A stretch of DNA of 64,000 bases from Octopus vulgaris (GCA_951406725.2 OX597820.1:15376001-15440000); one strand, 5' to 3'; counted from the first letter of the stretch, positions 12,575 to 26,830 are shown. A program made the numbers and translations. The notes: generated from the sequence alone by a model not told the origin.

Positions 12575-13140
12575 TGATGATGATGATGATATACCCTGAT
12601 GCAATACCAGGCAGTAGCTCTCATGGTTTCTGATCTTAAGTGATTGTAAGTGTTATTATGTACAATGTTGTCTTGATATAAAAATATTCTGCTCAATATC
12701 ACAGATTTGCTTTGTCAGTTGTTTGACAGTGGAGCATGTCCCTTGGTGGCTGATTATATGTGCATCTCTGATCATGAGCAGAAGTAGTGGGGGAGCATCA
12801 TAGCCATGTGTTGAGAGGGATTCTTTGGGGTTTGAATAATTCACATCTGGAAACATGGGTGTTTCGTTCATCATCCTTAAACAAACTTTATTCAGGGTCC
12901 TTTTGAACAGGATGGGCTACTCAAACTGAAGAAAATTCTAACTGGGCTCCCACCTGCAAGGTCATGCGCGTTTTATCTTGATATAAGATCACTATGTCAC
13001 GCACATGTGGTTGTGATGCATGTGCCTGGTGTACTCTTATCAGACGTGTAGTTACGATGGGTATATTTGGCTTCGTATAATTATACTCCAGCGTCACTTT
13101 GATGGCCTGCATCGCTCTCTCACTCAATGATAATGATGAT
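12575..13140. repeat. Probable ~560-bp interspersed element bounded by (TGA)n
   Basis: GC-elevated non-coding block with ATGATGATGAT-like runs on both sides; abuts the truncated LINE; single copy in this window. Confidence 0.4.
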
Positions 13141-13234
13141 ATAGAATATCAGATCAGGGTCAAGGATAATGTGTAGGCATTGGCAAGGCAAGTTATATAA
13201 TTGCACCTATTTAGAATTTGCATAACACTTATGC

Positions 13235-13645
13235 ATCAGCATCATCATTTTAATGTTCACTTGTCCATGCTAGCATGAGTCAGATGGAATTTGTGGATTC
13301 CAGTTTTCATGAACAGCCAGATGCCTTTCCTGTTGCCAACCCATTGTTAGACATGCTTTCACAGAAGATTGGAAATGAAGGATACCCTCTGCATGACAGA
13401 GATGCTTATTTACAACTACCATATGAAGCCAAGACAAGCAGACAGTAACACACGTGTGTGTGTGCACGTGCATGCATATGTGTGTATGATGGGCTTCTTT
13501 CAGATATTGTCGACCAAATCCACTGACAAGGTTTCGTTTGGTCTGGAGCTATAGAAGACACCTGCCCAAGGTGCCACAAAGTTAGACTGAACCAGAAACC
13601 ACATGATTGTGAAGTAAACTTCTCACCACACAGCCATGTCTGCAT
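13235..13645 (-). mobile_element. SINE family B (B2 tail)
   Basis: CTGCCCAAGGTGCCAC...GACTGAACC...ACCACACAGCCATG. Confidence 0.8.
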
Positions 13646-14069
13646 AGAAAATAATTATTTAAATGCCTTTATTTTCTTTTTTTACTAGAAAAATCTTACA
13701 TGGCAACTGTGTTGATTTATATAATACTTCTTCACTAATAAATGCTCATGTCAATTCACTTAAACAAGTCTTCTGAATTATCTAATTTCTAAACAATTTT
13801 ATCTTCATAAGCTAGTGATTCATAGTGATTCTTTTATCACTACTTTAGCAGGAACAGTGAAAGCTAAGCTTTTCTGATGAGGTCAGAATAAGTTTGCATG
13901 TATTTGTCTCCTCTACTTATCAGAAAAATTAAAATAATATAAATTGGTGATTAATATTATTTTTTCCTCAAATATTTATTTCTAGATAATTTGTTTTTAA
14001 TGCTCTACGCTTGGTGGTATTTTTAAATTATGCAATTATTAAAGAAATGAAAATATACCTGAGGAAGAT

Positions 14070-14635
14070 ATCTTTTACTAGTTTCAGTCATGGACAGTAA
14101 CCGTTCTGAGGCACCACCTTGAAGGGTTTTGTTAAACAAAGAACTTAGTTCTTTTAACCCTTCAATGTTTAAACCGGCCATATCTGGCACAGATATTCCA
14201 ACTGTTTTATGTTCAAACTGGCAAGATTCAGCCTCTTACACCTATCCTACAATGTCATTCTAAAACTAAACAAATGCACCATCGAAATCTCAAAGCTACA
14301 ACATAATGCATGATTAATTCAAAACAATATGAATAAATAAGCTTTACATTTAACAGAGTAATCTGAATGCTAAAGGGTTAAAGTATGGCACTTATTCTAT
14401 CAGTCCCATTCACCAAACCACTAAGTTATGAAGACATAAACATGCTATCACTGGTTGTCAGATGGTGTTCAAATACACATGCACACACACACATTAGGCT
14501 TCCAGTTCCGATCTATCAAATTCATTCACAAGGTTACAGTAGAAAACACTTGTCCAAAGTGTTGTGCAGTGGAATTGAACCTGAAATTGCTTTGGTGCAA
14601 AGAAAGCTTCTTAACCACACAGCCATGGCTGCATC
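14070..14635 (-). mobile_element. SINE family B (B1 tail) interrupted by a MITE
   Basis: Tail GTTTCAGTCAT...CACCACCTTGAAGGG; head TTAACCACACAGCCATG. Confidence 0.7.
14154..14381. mobile_element. piggyBac-like MITE family D
   Basis: TTAA-CCCTT...AAAGGG-TTAA, inserted at a TTAA in the SINE. Confidence 0.85.
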
Positions 14636-15657
14636 TATGAAATATCAAAGTTCTATTGAACAAGAAACAAAAATATGACGCTGGGAAATGATTTTTAAAA
14701 ATCTCAGAAAATCAAATAGTTCTGTTGTAATATTGTTTATGCATATTATAGATAATAAAGAAAACATTTACATAGTGGTGGTGGTGGGGGAATAACAGGT
14801 ATTCACAAGAGTAAAGTAGCAGTTAGTTCTTCATTAGATGCTTGTTCGATATGCCACATTGACCACTCAAATTTAGGTAACTTTTAAACCAACAAACTGA
14901 AAGAAGTTTAAGTCATAGAATTCTTATTTCTTAAATCTTTAGCATGTATGAGTGTGTGTGTGTGTGTGGGGGAGAGTATGTATGTAATATAATATTGTCA
15001 CAAAATCATTACAAAATGATTTACAGTTGAGTAAGATGAAAAAGAATGGAAAATATTTTTGAAATATTGTGGATAAAGTATAAGGAATTGAAGAGCTTGA
15101 AAAGATCAATAACATCTCTATATCCACCGATAAAGTGAATTCATTTGAAACAAAGCTAGCACAGAAATTTATTATTTTTGAAATAAAACATCTTTGAATA
15201 AACTAAAGTTAATTTCTATTGTAAAAGTCAACAGCTTTTCAAAATCTTTAATAATATTTTACAAAGATTTATGAGAATAATAGGCTTTTACAACCAAGGA
15301 TAAATAATCTAGAAAATATGTTTGTTTTATTAAAGTACAGATTATATTTATAAAACTGAGAATAATACAAATATCTCACACAAAGTATAAACTAAAACTG
15401 CCACTGTCATCATTGTCATCATCATCAGAGTTTTATATCTGCTTTTCCTGGACAGTTTTTTGGTAGCAGTGATTTACAGACAGATGCCTTTCTTGTGGTC
15501 AACACTTTTAGTCACTTCTTACAACATGCCAGTAAAGTTATTCTACTACTGGGATACGTACAGAAACAAAGTATGACTATGAAAATAGATGGGTTCTCCT
15601 ACCTTCCCCGAAATTGTATTTGATGGACAATTAGACAGGTTCTGAATGCTGATTTGT

Positions 15658-15883
15658 TTAACCCTTTTGATACTGTATTTATTTCAAGATGCTGTGTTTC
15701 TTTCAATTATTTTAGATATAACAAAGAATTTATCAAAATAACTTATTTATCATTCAGCTAGTGTTTGGAACATAAATTGTGACTAAGGTTTGGTGGAAGA
15801 TTTTAATTCAAAACTTATGAAAACAAGACATTTTTACTCAGATCCAGAGCCAGTTTCAGCCGGGTTGGTAATGAAAGGGTTAA
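15658..15883. mobile_element. piggyBac-like MITE family E (inverted)
   Basis: TTAA-CCCTTTTG...GAAAGGG-TTAA. Confidence 0.9.
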
Positions 15884-16199
15884 TTCTTATTTCTAACTAA
15901 AAGTATCAATGCTTAAATGACACAATAATACTATGGCTCAAATTTATCCTAAAATTAGAATAAGAAATAAGAAACCATTTTAAAGCATCTTTTCCTTGAA
16001 TTACATCAGTAAAGACCATTTTTCGAATTATCCTAACAACTTTTGGTAAGAACCAAAATAAAACCTACTATAGTCACCAATTTAACTCTTCCAAGACTGT
16101 TTCCAGTTTCTATGATACAAAACTATTTTCATATGTTCTTATTTGAATTAAAACCCTCCATCTTAATTTTATGAAATAACTTTTATTAAGTATGTGCCA

Positions 16200-16627
16200 A
16201 TTTTCACACAAGGCCAGCAAATTTAGGGTAAGGAAATAATTGATTACATCAACCCCAGTCTTCAACTAATATTAATTTTATTGAACCCAGAAGAGTAAAA
16301 AACAAAGTTGACCTTGGCTGTATTTGAGCTCAAAAAATCCAGAAGGAATGCTGCAAAATATTTTGGCAAATGTGCTAACAATTCTGCTAGCTCACCACCT
16401 TAACCCTTTCGTTACCAACCCGGCTGAAACTGGTTCTGGCTCTGAGTACAAATGTCTTGTTTTTCATAAGTTTTGAATTAAAATCTGCCAACGAACCTTA
16501 GTCACAATTTATGTTCCTAACACTAGCTGAATGATAAATAAGTTATTTTACTAAATTCTTTGTTATACTTAAAGTAATTGAAAGAAACACAGAGCAACTC
16601 AAAATAAATACAATAAGAAAATGGTTA
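16200..16627. mobile_element. Degenerate SINE A (minus, 16200-16400) abutting MITE E (16400-16627)
   Basis: GCTAGCTCACCACC followed directly by TTAACCCTTTCGTTACC. Confidence 0.75.
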
Positions 16628-19299
16628 CAATATCAGCTTATCAAAAGGTTTTGTTGTATTTTTTTATTATTTAACTAGATCCTTCCAAATTTTTGATCGT
16701 TTCAAAATCAATTGAAAGACATAGGCAGTGTATTATCTTATTAGAAAAGGAAAGTTCACATTATTCAATGGTTTATAGGTATTCATTTTGTATCTGAGCT
16801 GCAAAAAAGCTATGTTGAACATATCAAAACAGAGAACACCCAACATCATGTCATCTTGCAGTGTTATAACAGTTATATTAATTTTAGCTAAAAAATAATG
16901 TTTATGCTGGCAAAACACTAAAATGTCTAGGTTGACAACTTAAGAAAACAAACCAAATGCAACTCAATGAAAAAAGTTCTTACTTTTTACAGGAATACGT
17001 GAGTTTTAATATATCCCATACTTTTATTAAATTTATAATGATTATATTTTTGCATATCTTTTTTTTGTGGTTGATACAATTTTCTGAAATTGCTTTCTTC
17101 CAGCTGCCGTAACTTTTGTTATTTCTTCTGTTAGGTTCATTATTCATTTCGCTTGTGTTATCACTTCAGTGTGTAGTTATAACAAGTCTGTTTTACCAGA
17201 ATTGGTTGTTAATATCAAATCATAGCCATTCTCTCAATCAAAATCTAATTCCCTCAGATCATGGAACCTTCAGGCTTACCTTACGTATCTATATTATACA
17301 AATCTCATTGTTGCAAATTTCAATCTTCAATGCCCACAAGATGTTTTCTTGAGATGTATGTATATACATATATCTATCTATCTATCTACCTATTTATCGA
17401 TCTATCAATCTCTCTACATATGCATACACACACACACACACACACACTCACTCACTCACTCTTTGTGCTTAAACAAAAGCAGAAACCTGATTACATTCCT
17501 TTTGACGGTGCCCTGTCTTGTAACAAATATGAAGCATCCATTCTAATCATACTTACTCTGATTAATTTTTGTACTTTATTATATCTTTATTTTATCTTCA
17601 TACTTTACAATTGTATATGCTAATTATAATATAAATAAATTACTCTATGCCAGTCGTAAATAAAGTCTTTGTTGAGTTACAATAGCTAACATAGTAACCA
17701 AGAAAATCTGAACACTATTTATTCTTATATCTGAACTGAAAATCACAGCAGTAAAGGAAATATTGTCACAAACTAATGATAAAACTTTGTTGTGATTGAT
17801 AGTGCTGGTTTGCGAAACTTTTTCCTGTATGTCATTAATATAATGTTATTTATTGCTACCTAGCATAATGTGCTAGGAGCTAGATCCAGCTTTAAAACCA
17901 ATATAATGTTATTTCATACCTTATCAGATCACTTCTTTAACTGAAGATGACAATGATGATGGTGATTATGACAATATCAAAATAACTTCAAAGTTCATTT
18001 TTACATTATTTTAATCAATCAAGAATCAATCAATAATGATTAATATGAATGAGAAAAAAATATCAAAAAAGGATAAAGAGAAAACCATATGTCTCCAAAT
18101 CTAATTAAATCAAATGGTTCTGGAAAATACTTTAAGTTTTGGGAATGGGTTTGGCTAAATAAAATGAAAAAAAAAAACCTTTTATAAACAATAAGTACCA
18201 ATCAGCATTATTAATTACCACCAAATAGATTGAAAGCAAATGAGTGTAACTATTCCATTTATATTCTAGCCTACTTGTTTTTCAGTTTTGTTTTTGCATC
18301 TATTTTAATATATCCAATATACTAAGAGATAAGTCCTGTTGTTGTTGTGTCTGCCAACTACACTACTTGGGTTTTGGTGTACCCCCCCACACACACACAC
18401 ATGATTTGTTGGAGCAGCTGTAGTCTGTTGAACAGAATATGGTAAATATTTCCTGGAGGGATAAAAGATAAAATGAAATGTGGAAGCTAACAGGTAGGAT
18501 TTGAACTCAGTCATCAATCAATGAAATTAATTACTGCTCAGCACACTTACCATCTGTGCCACCCTTACAAACCAGATAATATCCCAATGAATCCTATTTC
18601 AATAATAGTAATAATAATGGGTTCAAATATAGGCACAAGGCTAGTAATTTTAGGGAGCTGAGGCTTGTTGCATGTTTATATATTTTATGATTTAAGTTTG
18701 CCTATTTCCAAAATATCTGAGGATTGAAATTTTAAACAAAGTTTCATACTATACATTAGAGAGGATTAATAAAGTTAGTTGATTAGTTATCCTTAATCAT
18801 GATCATGCAACATCTTGCAAGAAGCAAGTCAATTCTATAAATGTCTTCCCAGTGCAGCAAAGTGAGTTTGTTATTAAAAATATTAAGATAGAAATAAAGG
18901 GAATGATAAACACTTTACAAAATAGCATGATGGACTTCAAATTAGATTATGCATTTTGGAAACTGTTTTATAGCCACTGTTCATAATAAGTATTGTTAGA
19001 TTGCTTTATAAAATTCCAATGTTAATTAGTTTGACAGTCAACTTTTCTAATACAGAACAGTCAATTAATTATAAGGTAGGAATGCTAAATATTTTTTGGC
19101 TGAATAGGTTGAGGTAGTAAGGGGTAATGTGACTTAATACCTAAGAACACAACACCAGATCAGTGAGGGTTGAAACCCATGGGCTAGTAATTCAGCAAAT
19201 ATATGTGTCTGTGAATAAAATTAGGTCCTTAGAAGAATTATCCTAAACTTTCATATAAAAATGCAGGAGCAATTCTAGTATATCCCATCCTTACAGTGA

Positions 19300-19535
19300 G
19301 GTGTATTGTCTTGTGAGTTATTTAGTGACCTCACTGATATTGATGCTACATAAAAATCAGTATCCAATACATTCTGTAAAGTAGTTGGCATTGGGAAGGG
19401 CATTCAGCCGTAGAAACCATGCTAAAGCAAAGACTGGAACTTAGTACAGTTCTCTGGCTCACTGGTTCCTGCCGAACCATCCAACCCATGCCAGAATGGA
19501 AAATGAACATTAAATGATGATGATGATGATGACAA
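19300..19535 (+). mobile_element. RTE-type 3' end (family C)
   Basis: GGAAGGGCATTCAGCCGTAGAAACC...CCAACCCATGCCAG...(TGA)n. Confidence 0.75.
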
Positions 19536-19799
19536 CGATGAATTAACATGGTCTCTAAAAGGTTTATTATACAAAATATTCAATAAGATCAATAACAAAG
19601 GAGCTAGTTTACAACAAACCTAATAAATATAAATTTGAATCTAACCCCTTTGTAAAGACATTTATTTTCTTTACAAAATGAAAGGCTTGGCCTAAAATGT
19701 CAGGATCCAGACTAATCCAGATTTGCGAATTTCACTAAATTTTTGTTAATGGCAGAGCAACTCATCCAAATGTTCACATGTCACTAAATTTTCTTCAAG

Positions 19800-20165
19800 G
19801 TGCAGAAATAGCAGTGCAGTAAGAAGTTTGCTTCCCAACCACATGGTCTGGGTTCAGTCCCACAGTTTGGCCCCTTGGGCAAGTGTCTCCTACTATAGCC
19901 TCGGGCCGACCAAATACTTGTGAGTGGGTCTAGTACATAGAAACTGAAAGAAGTCTGTCATGTGTGTGTACTTGTCCCCCACCACTGCTTGACAACTGGT
20001 GTTGTTTTGGTTATATCCCTCTAACTTAGCAGTTTGACAAAAGAGACCATTAGAATAAGTACCAGGCTTTAAAAGAAAAAAAAGGTATTGGGGTCAATTT
20101 ATTTCACTAAAAGCTTTTCAAGGCATGGCTGCAGCCTAATGACTGAAACAATTAAAAGATAAAAG
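19800..20165 (+). mobile_element. SINE family B (B1 tail)
   Basis: GGGTTCAGTCCC B-box, CCTTGGGCAAGTGTC, tail GACTGAAACAATTAAAAGATAAAAG. Confidence 0.85.
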
Positions 20166-20909
20166 CTGACGACCATTAGTTTCCTTCTAAAATCATAGAG
20201 TTTTAGCACAGCATAATTAACATATCTTTCAAACGTATGTAAAGGACACACACACACACATACACAATCACTCCAGCACAGATAGTCATCCATGCCTTTA
20301 CACACACATACACGTGCACACACACAAGCATAAATTATATTTAGGTATAACAATGGTAACTTTGAATAAAGTTGGTATAATAATTAGTTCAATAACCATA
20401 GATGGGTTTAACGAGGTTCTTTCGGAAGACAAATTAAAAAATAGGAAAAAAAGGGAAGATCATAAAGAAGTGAAAAGATTTTCCATTTGATTAAAAACAG
20501 GCATTATTTCCAATCGTCCAGAAAAATTGAATGGATATTGATATGGCTGAGTGAGTAAAACCTAACTCCAGAATAGTGATAATAGCATCGGTTCCAGTTT
20601 GAAGTAGTGTTCATTATGCAGACATTTCTGAGAAGTGGAAATGAAATGCTAAAAAACTAAAAAAAAAAAAAATATTTAATCAATACTTCTAAAGTGTTCT
20701 CAGCTCTTCTCCACTGTCTCGTCTGCTAGTCTCAATTCACAATGTATACTGGTCAAGCTGATGTAAAAGACATTTGACCATAATATCAACAGTGAAATTG
20801 AACTCAGAACGATATGGTTGCCAAATAAAGTTTTTAGCTTCACGGCCATGCTTGAAGCCAGCCTTAACCAATCTGTCCACAAATACATCTTGTGTTCCTT
20901 TAAATCTGT

Positions 20910-21136
20910 TTAACCTATTAACATTCAGATTACTCTGTCAAATGTAACGCTTGTTTATTCACTTTTTAAAAATTAATCATGTATTATCTTGTATCTTAGA
21001 GATTTCGAAGCTGTGATTGTTTATTCTTAGAATGACATTGGAGGGTATGAGTGAAATGCTGGATCAGGCCAGTTTGAACATAAAACATTTAGAATATTTG
21101 AGCAAGGTATCACTGGTTTAAATGCTAAAGACTTAA
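20910..21136. mobile_element. piggyBac-like MITE family D
   Basis: TTAA-flanked; body matches 60722-60951. Confidence 0.75.
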
Positions 21137-21868
21137 GGAGTGAATGTGGTATAGGCTACAAGAGACACATCATCAGTAAAAACATTTTTAGTACTTATAT
21201 TACTAAATTATATTTCACTTCAAGAGCAAGTCACCCTAGAATTCTCTTTTAAAGATACCCTAAATTTATGTGTTGCACTAACAGTCAATTCTAGGTACTT
21301 GAAAACCTGGACATTGACTCATAAACATATTTAAAGAATTTTACAGTTAACTGCTTTTTCAAAATTGGTTAACTTGCAAATATAAACCAAACCAGGAACA
21401 GTTAATTTTTTAAATGGTTTCTGTGAAAAGAAGTTTCTGAAATACATATAAAACACATTTGGTGTGTGTGGGTTTTACAACAGTATTTGCTCTACTTATT
21501 TTAGGATACAAATTTTAGAATGCATTTATTTACTAACATAAATATCCTATGTGTCATAAATATAATCTTCAAGTTCAAGGTGAAAAAGTGCTTTTGAAAC
21601 ACAATGTTAAAAGAGGCAGATTATGGAAATTTACATATAACCTGTAATTTTTTCCATTTCAACATTATTATGATTGATATAACTAAAATGTAAAATACAC
21701 TTGAATTACACTGGATTACACTTTGAGAGCTTATGAGAGTAAATTCTGATACTTTTGTGTTTGGATGTGTGCAATATATCACCATCATCATTATCAGGTC
21801 ATCTCTTCTTATTTTGGAATTACTATCCTCCAAAATGAGTTAGATTACATATCACTTGCACAACTAAT

Positions 21869-22084
21869 TTAACCATTCTGGTACCAGACTGCCAGATTCT
21901 ATGATGAAATCTTCCTCTTTTATAGTAATCTAATCTAAAAACTTTGCATCAAAACTTCACATTATGTTCCAAACATTAGCTTAATAATGACAAAGTTATT
22001 TTTTGATAAATGCTTCATTTTTTTCACAAATAATTAAAATGAAGGCAGCATATTTGAACGGAAATAAAGTATCAAAAGAGTTAA
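21869..22084. mobile_element. MITE family E, degenerate
   Basis: TTAA-CCATTCTGGTACC...ATCAAAAGAG-TTAA. Confidence 0.6.
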
Positions 22085-22137
22085 ATACAATGCTTAACAA
22101 GCTCTTAAGACACTGAAGTTATAACAGAAAACTAAAT

Positions 22138-22318
22138 CCATCATCATCATCGTTTAAAGTCCATTTTCCATGCTAGCATGGGTTGGACGGTTCAACCGGG
22201 GTCTGGGAAGCCAGGAGGCTGCGCCAGGCTCCAGTTTGATCTGGCAGTGTTTCTACACCTGGATACCCTTCCTAACGCCAACCACTCCGTGAGTGTAGTG
22301 GGTGCTTTTTATGTGCCA
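22138..22318 (-). mobile_element. RTE 3' end (family C), young
   Basis: Close to family consensus; approximate TSD AAAACT(T)AAAT. Confidence 0.85.
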
Positions 22319-23094
22319 AAACTTAAATTGCTAACTATCAAGATCTTTAGTTTTTAAACACACCCCCAACATTTTTTTTTTGCGATTTGTAAGCATTTTT
22401 CTTTTATAGACATATTTTCTTAGTAGGCCCAGCTACGTGAATAAAAGTGCTCAACTGGTACTTATTTTATCAACTGGCCCCAAAGGGATGAAAGGTACAG
22501 TCAACCTCAGCAAAATTTGAACTCAGAATGTAAAGACAGGCAAAATGCATCTAAGCATTTTGCCCAGTGTGCAAATGATTCTGCCAGCTTGCTACCTTCT
22601 AAAGACATGGTGCAGTTTCCTAGTATGCCTAGCTAAGTGGACCAATATTAAGAGGATATATATTGTTATAAATATTGGATATGGTGTATGAAGTGTAGTG
22701 ACAGTGAATATGGTGGATTACTGATAACATATGGTTAGCTGTTTGAAGTTTTCTTTGACCACTATGTTATTATGCAAGGTATAAAATTCAATTTGTTTCA
22801 GTCTGCAAAATCTATTCAATTACTATTTCACACTTCAGTGACTAGAGGTAGAAACAAGAATTCCAGATGGAGGAGCGAATAAGGAACCCTTTCTCCAAAA
22901 GTATGAGAACCTAAACCTACTAATGTGGTTCACTAAAGCTACTAAAATAAAAAAAAGAAATTAAAAAAAAGAGGAAAAGAAAACAACTCTCAATAATAAT
23001 GTGTCAAAGTGTGATATTAACAACATAAGAAAATGTACATAGGATCCAATATCCATACATAAATAAAAGAAGTTTCTCATCTTTTCATTTGTTT

Positions 23095-23445
23095 TTTTCT
23101 TTTATTTGTTTCAATCATTGGATAGTGGCCATGCTGGAACCCTATTTTGAAGAGTTCTAGTCGAACAAATCATCTCCAGTTCTCATTTTTTTAAAGCTTG
23201 GACTTATTCTATTGGTGTCTTTGGCTGAACTGCTTAGTTATGAGGGTGTAAACAAACCGACATTGACTGTGAAACAGTGGTGGGCACATTCATGAACACA
23301 CGTGTATATATACATATGTGAAGAGCTTGACCAAATTAACTTATAGGACATTAGTTGGCCTTGGCTATAGTGGAACACAGTAGGACTGAACCTGAAACCA
23401 CATGGTGACAGAGTATGCTTCTAATCACACAGCCATGTCTGCGCT
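23095..23445 (-). mobile_element. SINE family B (B1 tail), degenerate
   Basis: GGACTGAACC...TCACACAGCCATG head on the minus strand. Confidence 0.7.
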
Positions 23446-23509
23446 TATAAATTTTATTATCATTATTATTATTTTTTGCCATTTCTCATATTATTATTAT
23501 TATTATTCA

Positions 23510-23701
23510 TGTAAAACGTGCCGGTTGCATGTAAAAAGCACCCACAACACTCTCGGTTGGTGTTAGGAAGGGCATCCAGCTGTAGAAACACTGCCAGATC
23601 AGACTGGAGTCTGGTGCAGCCTTCTGGTTTTCTAGACGCCGGTCGAACCGTCCAACCCATGCTAGCATGGAAAATGGACATTAAACGATGATGATGATGA
23701 T
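23510..23701 (+). mobile_element. RTE 3' end (family C)
   Basis: GGAAGGGCATCCAGCTGTAGAAACACTGCCAGATCAGACTGG...(TGA)n. Confidence 0.85.
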
Positions 23702-23776
23702 TTTTATAGTCTATTTTCAGTTAAAGTGAAAAATGAATAGTCAAATATGCCATAGAAGATATAAGGATTGACTGAT

Positions 23777-23994
23777 TTAACTCTTTCATTTCCAAATTTC
23801 CGTTGCAATACACTGCTTTTCTTTCAATTACTTTCAAAAATAATGAAAATTTCAGAGCAAAATATCTTTATCATAATTAAGATGGTGCCTGGAACATAAT
23901 TTAACAGGAAATTTTGATGAAAATCATTTTAAACAGGAAGTTTAAGTCATACAGCCAGTAGCAGTTTTAGGTGGGGCAGTATCAAAAGGGTTAA
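23777..23994. mobile_element. MITE family E, degenerate (inverted)
   Basis: TTAA-CTCTTTC...ATCAAAAGGG-TTAA. Confidence 0.6.
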
Positions 23995-24833
23995 GCTGCA
24001 ATCTCCTCATCATTATAGAAGTGTTCCTATTTTGTAATTATATTCTAACACAACAGAGGGTGTATGCATGTGTGTATGTCTTGAGTGATCCAGCTCCAGT
24101 TCTTCTATACTTGAGTTGCTAAAGTGATAGAGGAAAAGATGAACAGAGTATTTTTAATTATTCTTTTCTCTCCATCTGGGATGACTTAAACAGCTGAAGA
24201 CTAGAGCGAACATTTTCAGACATCAGATATGCTGCGATACCACATAGTTCAAATCCAGACCTATTTGACAGAGCTTCATACACTCAACAATAAATAAATG
24301 AAAATATGTACCAGGCACACAATAGAAGAGGAAATACACATTAATGCATAAAACACTCACACACACACACTGTGTGTGTGTGTGTGTGTGTGTAATAAAT
24401 GAATAAGAAGACATCTTCAGTTTTATTTAGTTATCATTATTAATATTATTATTATTTACTCGTAAAATTCCACTGAGGTTGACTTTACCTTTTATCTTTT
24501 AAGGGTCAACAAAATAAGTACCAGTAGAAAATAAGGGTTGCCATAATCGACTTAATACTTTCTTCGACATTGCTGGCCTAGTGCCAAAATTTGAAACCAA
24601 TATACTTATTTATTCTGTGATAAATGTACAATATTTTGTTGTACTAACCTTGGATTTACAGTATACTTAATATTATTAATTAACTAGTTAATGTTTAATT
24701 AACTGGTTGATCAATAAAGAGTATTATTGATTATCACATGAAATACTGAATTAATTACAGGATCACAAAGCACACATAAAAACCATAAATAATAACATAA
24801 ATACCGAGTTTGAAAACCTTTTTGCATACATAC

Positions 24834-24921
24834 AAAAAGTTGAAGACTGCCCGAGGAGAGAATGGTTGTCATGTCAACAGGAGATGGGGAACCAAGTCCC
24901 ATGGACAACCTTTGACTTTTC
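24834..24921 (-). CDS. Candidate exon, unknown gene
   Basis: TAG acceptor, GTATGT donor; one frame open (KSQRLSMGLGSPSPVDMTTILSSGSLQLF); GC-elevated unique DNA. Confidence 0.3.
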
Positions 24922-25044
24922 CTATCCAAAAAGGGTTTTGCAACTCAATATTTACAATACTATTATCTATAGCTTTATGATTGCTTTGAGATCCACTATT
25001 TCAAGAAAGAATTATTTCATGTTCTCTTGAAAGTTAATAAAATT

Positions 25045-25443
25045 CAGGTATGGCTGTGTGGTAAGAAGCTTGCTTCCCAACGATATGGTTCTGGGTTCAG
25101 TCCTACTGTATGGCACCTTGGGCAAGAGCTTTCTACTACAGCCCCAAATCAATCAAAGCTTTGTCAGTAGATTTGGTAGATGGAAGCCCACCATACATGT
25201 GGAGAGAGAGAGACAGACAGAGACAGATCTAAGTGCATGCGGTATTGTGTGTGTGTTTATTCTCCACCACTGCTTGACAACCAGTTTTGGTTTGTTCATG
25301 TCCCCACAGCTTAGCAGTTTGGTGAAAGAGACCAATAGAATAAGTACCAGGCTTAAAAAAAAAAGTACATGAGTCAATTCCTTCAACTAAAAATTCTTCA
25401 AGGCAGTGCCCCAGCACGGCCACAGTCAAATGACTGAAACATG
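25045..25443 (+). mobile_element. SINE family B (B1 tail)
   Basis: Near-complete head and tail; a mariner-like element lies at its 3' end. Confidence 0.85.
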
Positions 25444-25445
25444 TA

Positions 25446-26274
25446 CAGGGTGCAGTGAATAAACTGTCGTCTAAATTACACAAAAATGAAAATGACACTG
25501 ACATTTCATTCTAACAGATATATTTACCAAAATTACATAGAAATATCTTGAAATACTAAAGAGTAAATTTATTCAATAATATCTCCATTGGCTTCAACTA
25601 AGGCCTCCAGAAGACTTCGGAATCTCCTGCAACTCTTCTGGATGGTCTCTTTGTTTAATGTTGCCATGATCCTTGTGTTCAGTTCATCTTTGGTGTTACA
25701 AGGAGCTTTGTTGGTCTCTCACTCAACTGTGCCCCACACATGATAATCAAAGGGGTTGCAGTCTGGGGAGTTAGGTGGCCAGATATTAGGGGTGATGTGG
25801 TTGCAGAAATTGTCTGACAGCCATGACTGGGTTCTCCTGCTTGTGTGGCATGGTGCAAAGTCCTGTTGCCAGACATAGGGTCTTCCAGCAGCCACCCTCT
25901 TCACCCAGGGCAGTACTACCTCCTCCAGGCACTTGATGTTGGCCTCCATGTTGAGTCTGAAGCTGTGTGGGAAGATGAATGGAGGCAATAACATCGCCAT
26001 CACTAGTGATCACTCCAAACACAATGATGTTGACTGGGTGTTTGATTTTTATCACTCTCAGTACAGGTCCTCAGACTGACATCCAAACCCTCTGAAATGT
26101 TCATATTGGAGCTTCCAGAGTGAATGCCAAGCAATAGAGCATGTCATTTCCACCATGGTGCTGTTTTCCTCACAGACGGTGCTCAACTGACTTGTGTAGT
26201 TGACAAAATCAAAAACAATGTGCATGCACGAAATTAAAAATATAAAATGGCAACAATTTACCCATCACACCCTA
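25446..26274 (-). mobile_element. Second deleted DD37D Tc1/mariner copy
   Basis: TA flanks, CAGGGTG/CACCCT termini; QQDFAPCH...WPPNSPDCNPFD with 37 residues between the two Asp. Confidence 0.92.
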
Positions 26275-26389
26275 TATATATATATACATATCACTGTGAA
26301 TGTACTCTAGACTTTTGCTGTTTTTTTGGTCGAGTTCACAGTTTGTTATTGATTTGTCTATATAAATGTGTGTGCATAAGAAAGCATAC

Positions 26390-26449
26390 TTCATGTTGCT
26401 TCCCTCCCTTCCAACTGTGTCCATGGTTGACTAATTTCTGCCAATTAGT
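26390..26449 (-). CDS. Candidate 60-nt exon
   Basis: CAG acceptor (weak tract), GTATGC donor; phase-0 frame TNWQKLVNHGHSWKGGKQHE. Confidence 0.2.
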
Positions 26450-26820
26450 CTGGTGGTGTAGTGATGTTGTATTACAAGACTTTAATTTTACCACCCAAAA
26501 CCCAGGAGAGAAAGAAAGAAAAGTTTTATCTCTTCCTTGTGAAGCAGCTGAAATTCCAATTGTTGTCTACCATAAAGTTACCATACTGTTTTCTTCAATA
26601 ACAAGAATTATCTAGGTGGAATTAGAAATGAGATATTTCCAGAAAATACCAAATATAATAAAATTAAAAATACAGGAACTTCGTTAATTTGGCAATGATT
26701 CCTAAGCATTTAACAGTCAATAATATCTGGTTTCCTTTTATAAACAGAATGAGGAAATTATCTATGTGTATACAACCATGTAATGTGTATGTGTGTAAAT
26801 ATATTTCTATGGAAAAATAA

Positions 26821-26830
26821 ATATATATAT

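Noticed and set aside
13865-13900. Hammerhead at CTGATGAGGTCAGAAT
   Set aside because: No GAAA and no convincing stems.
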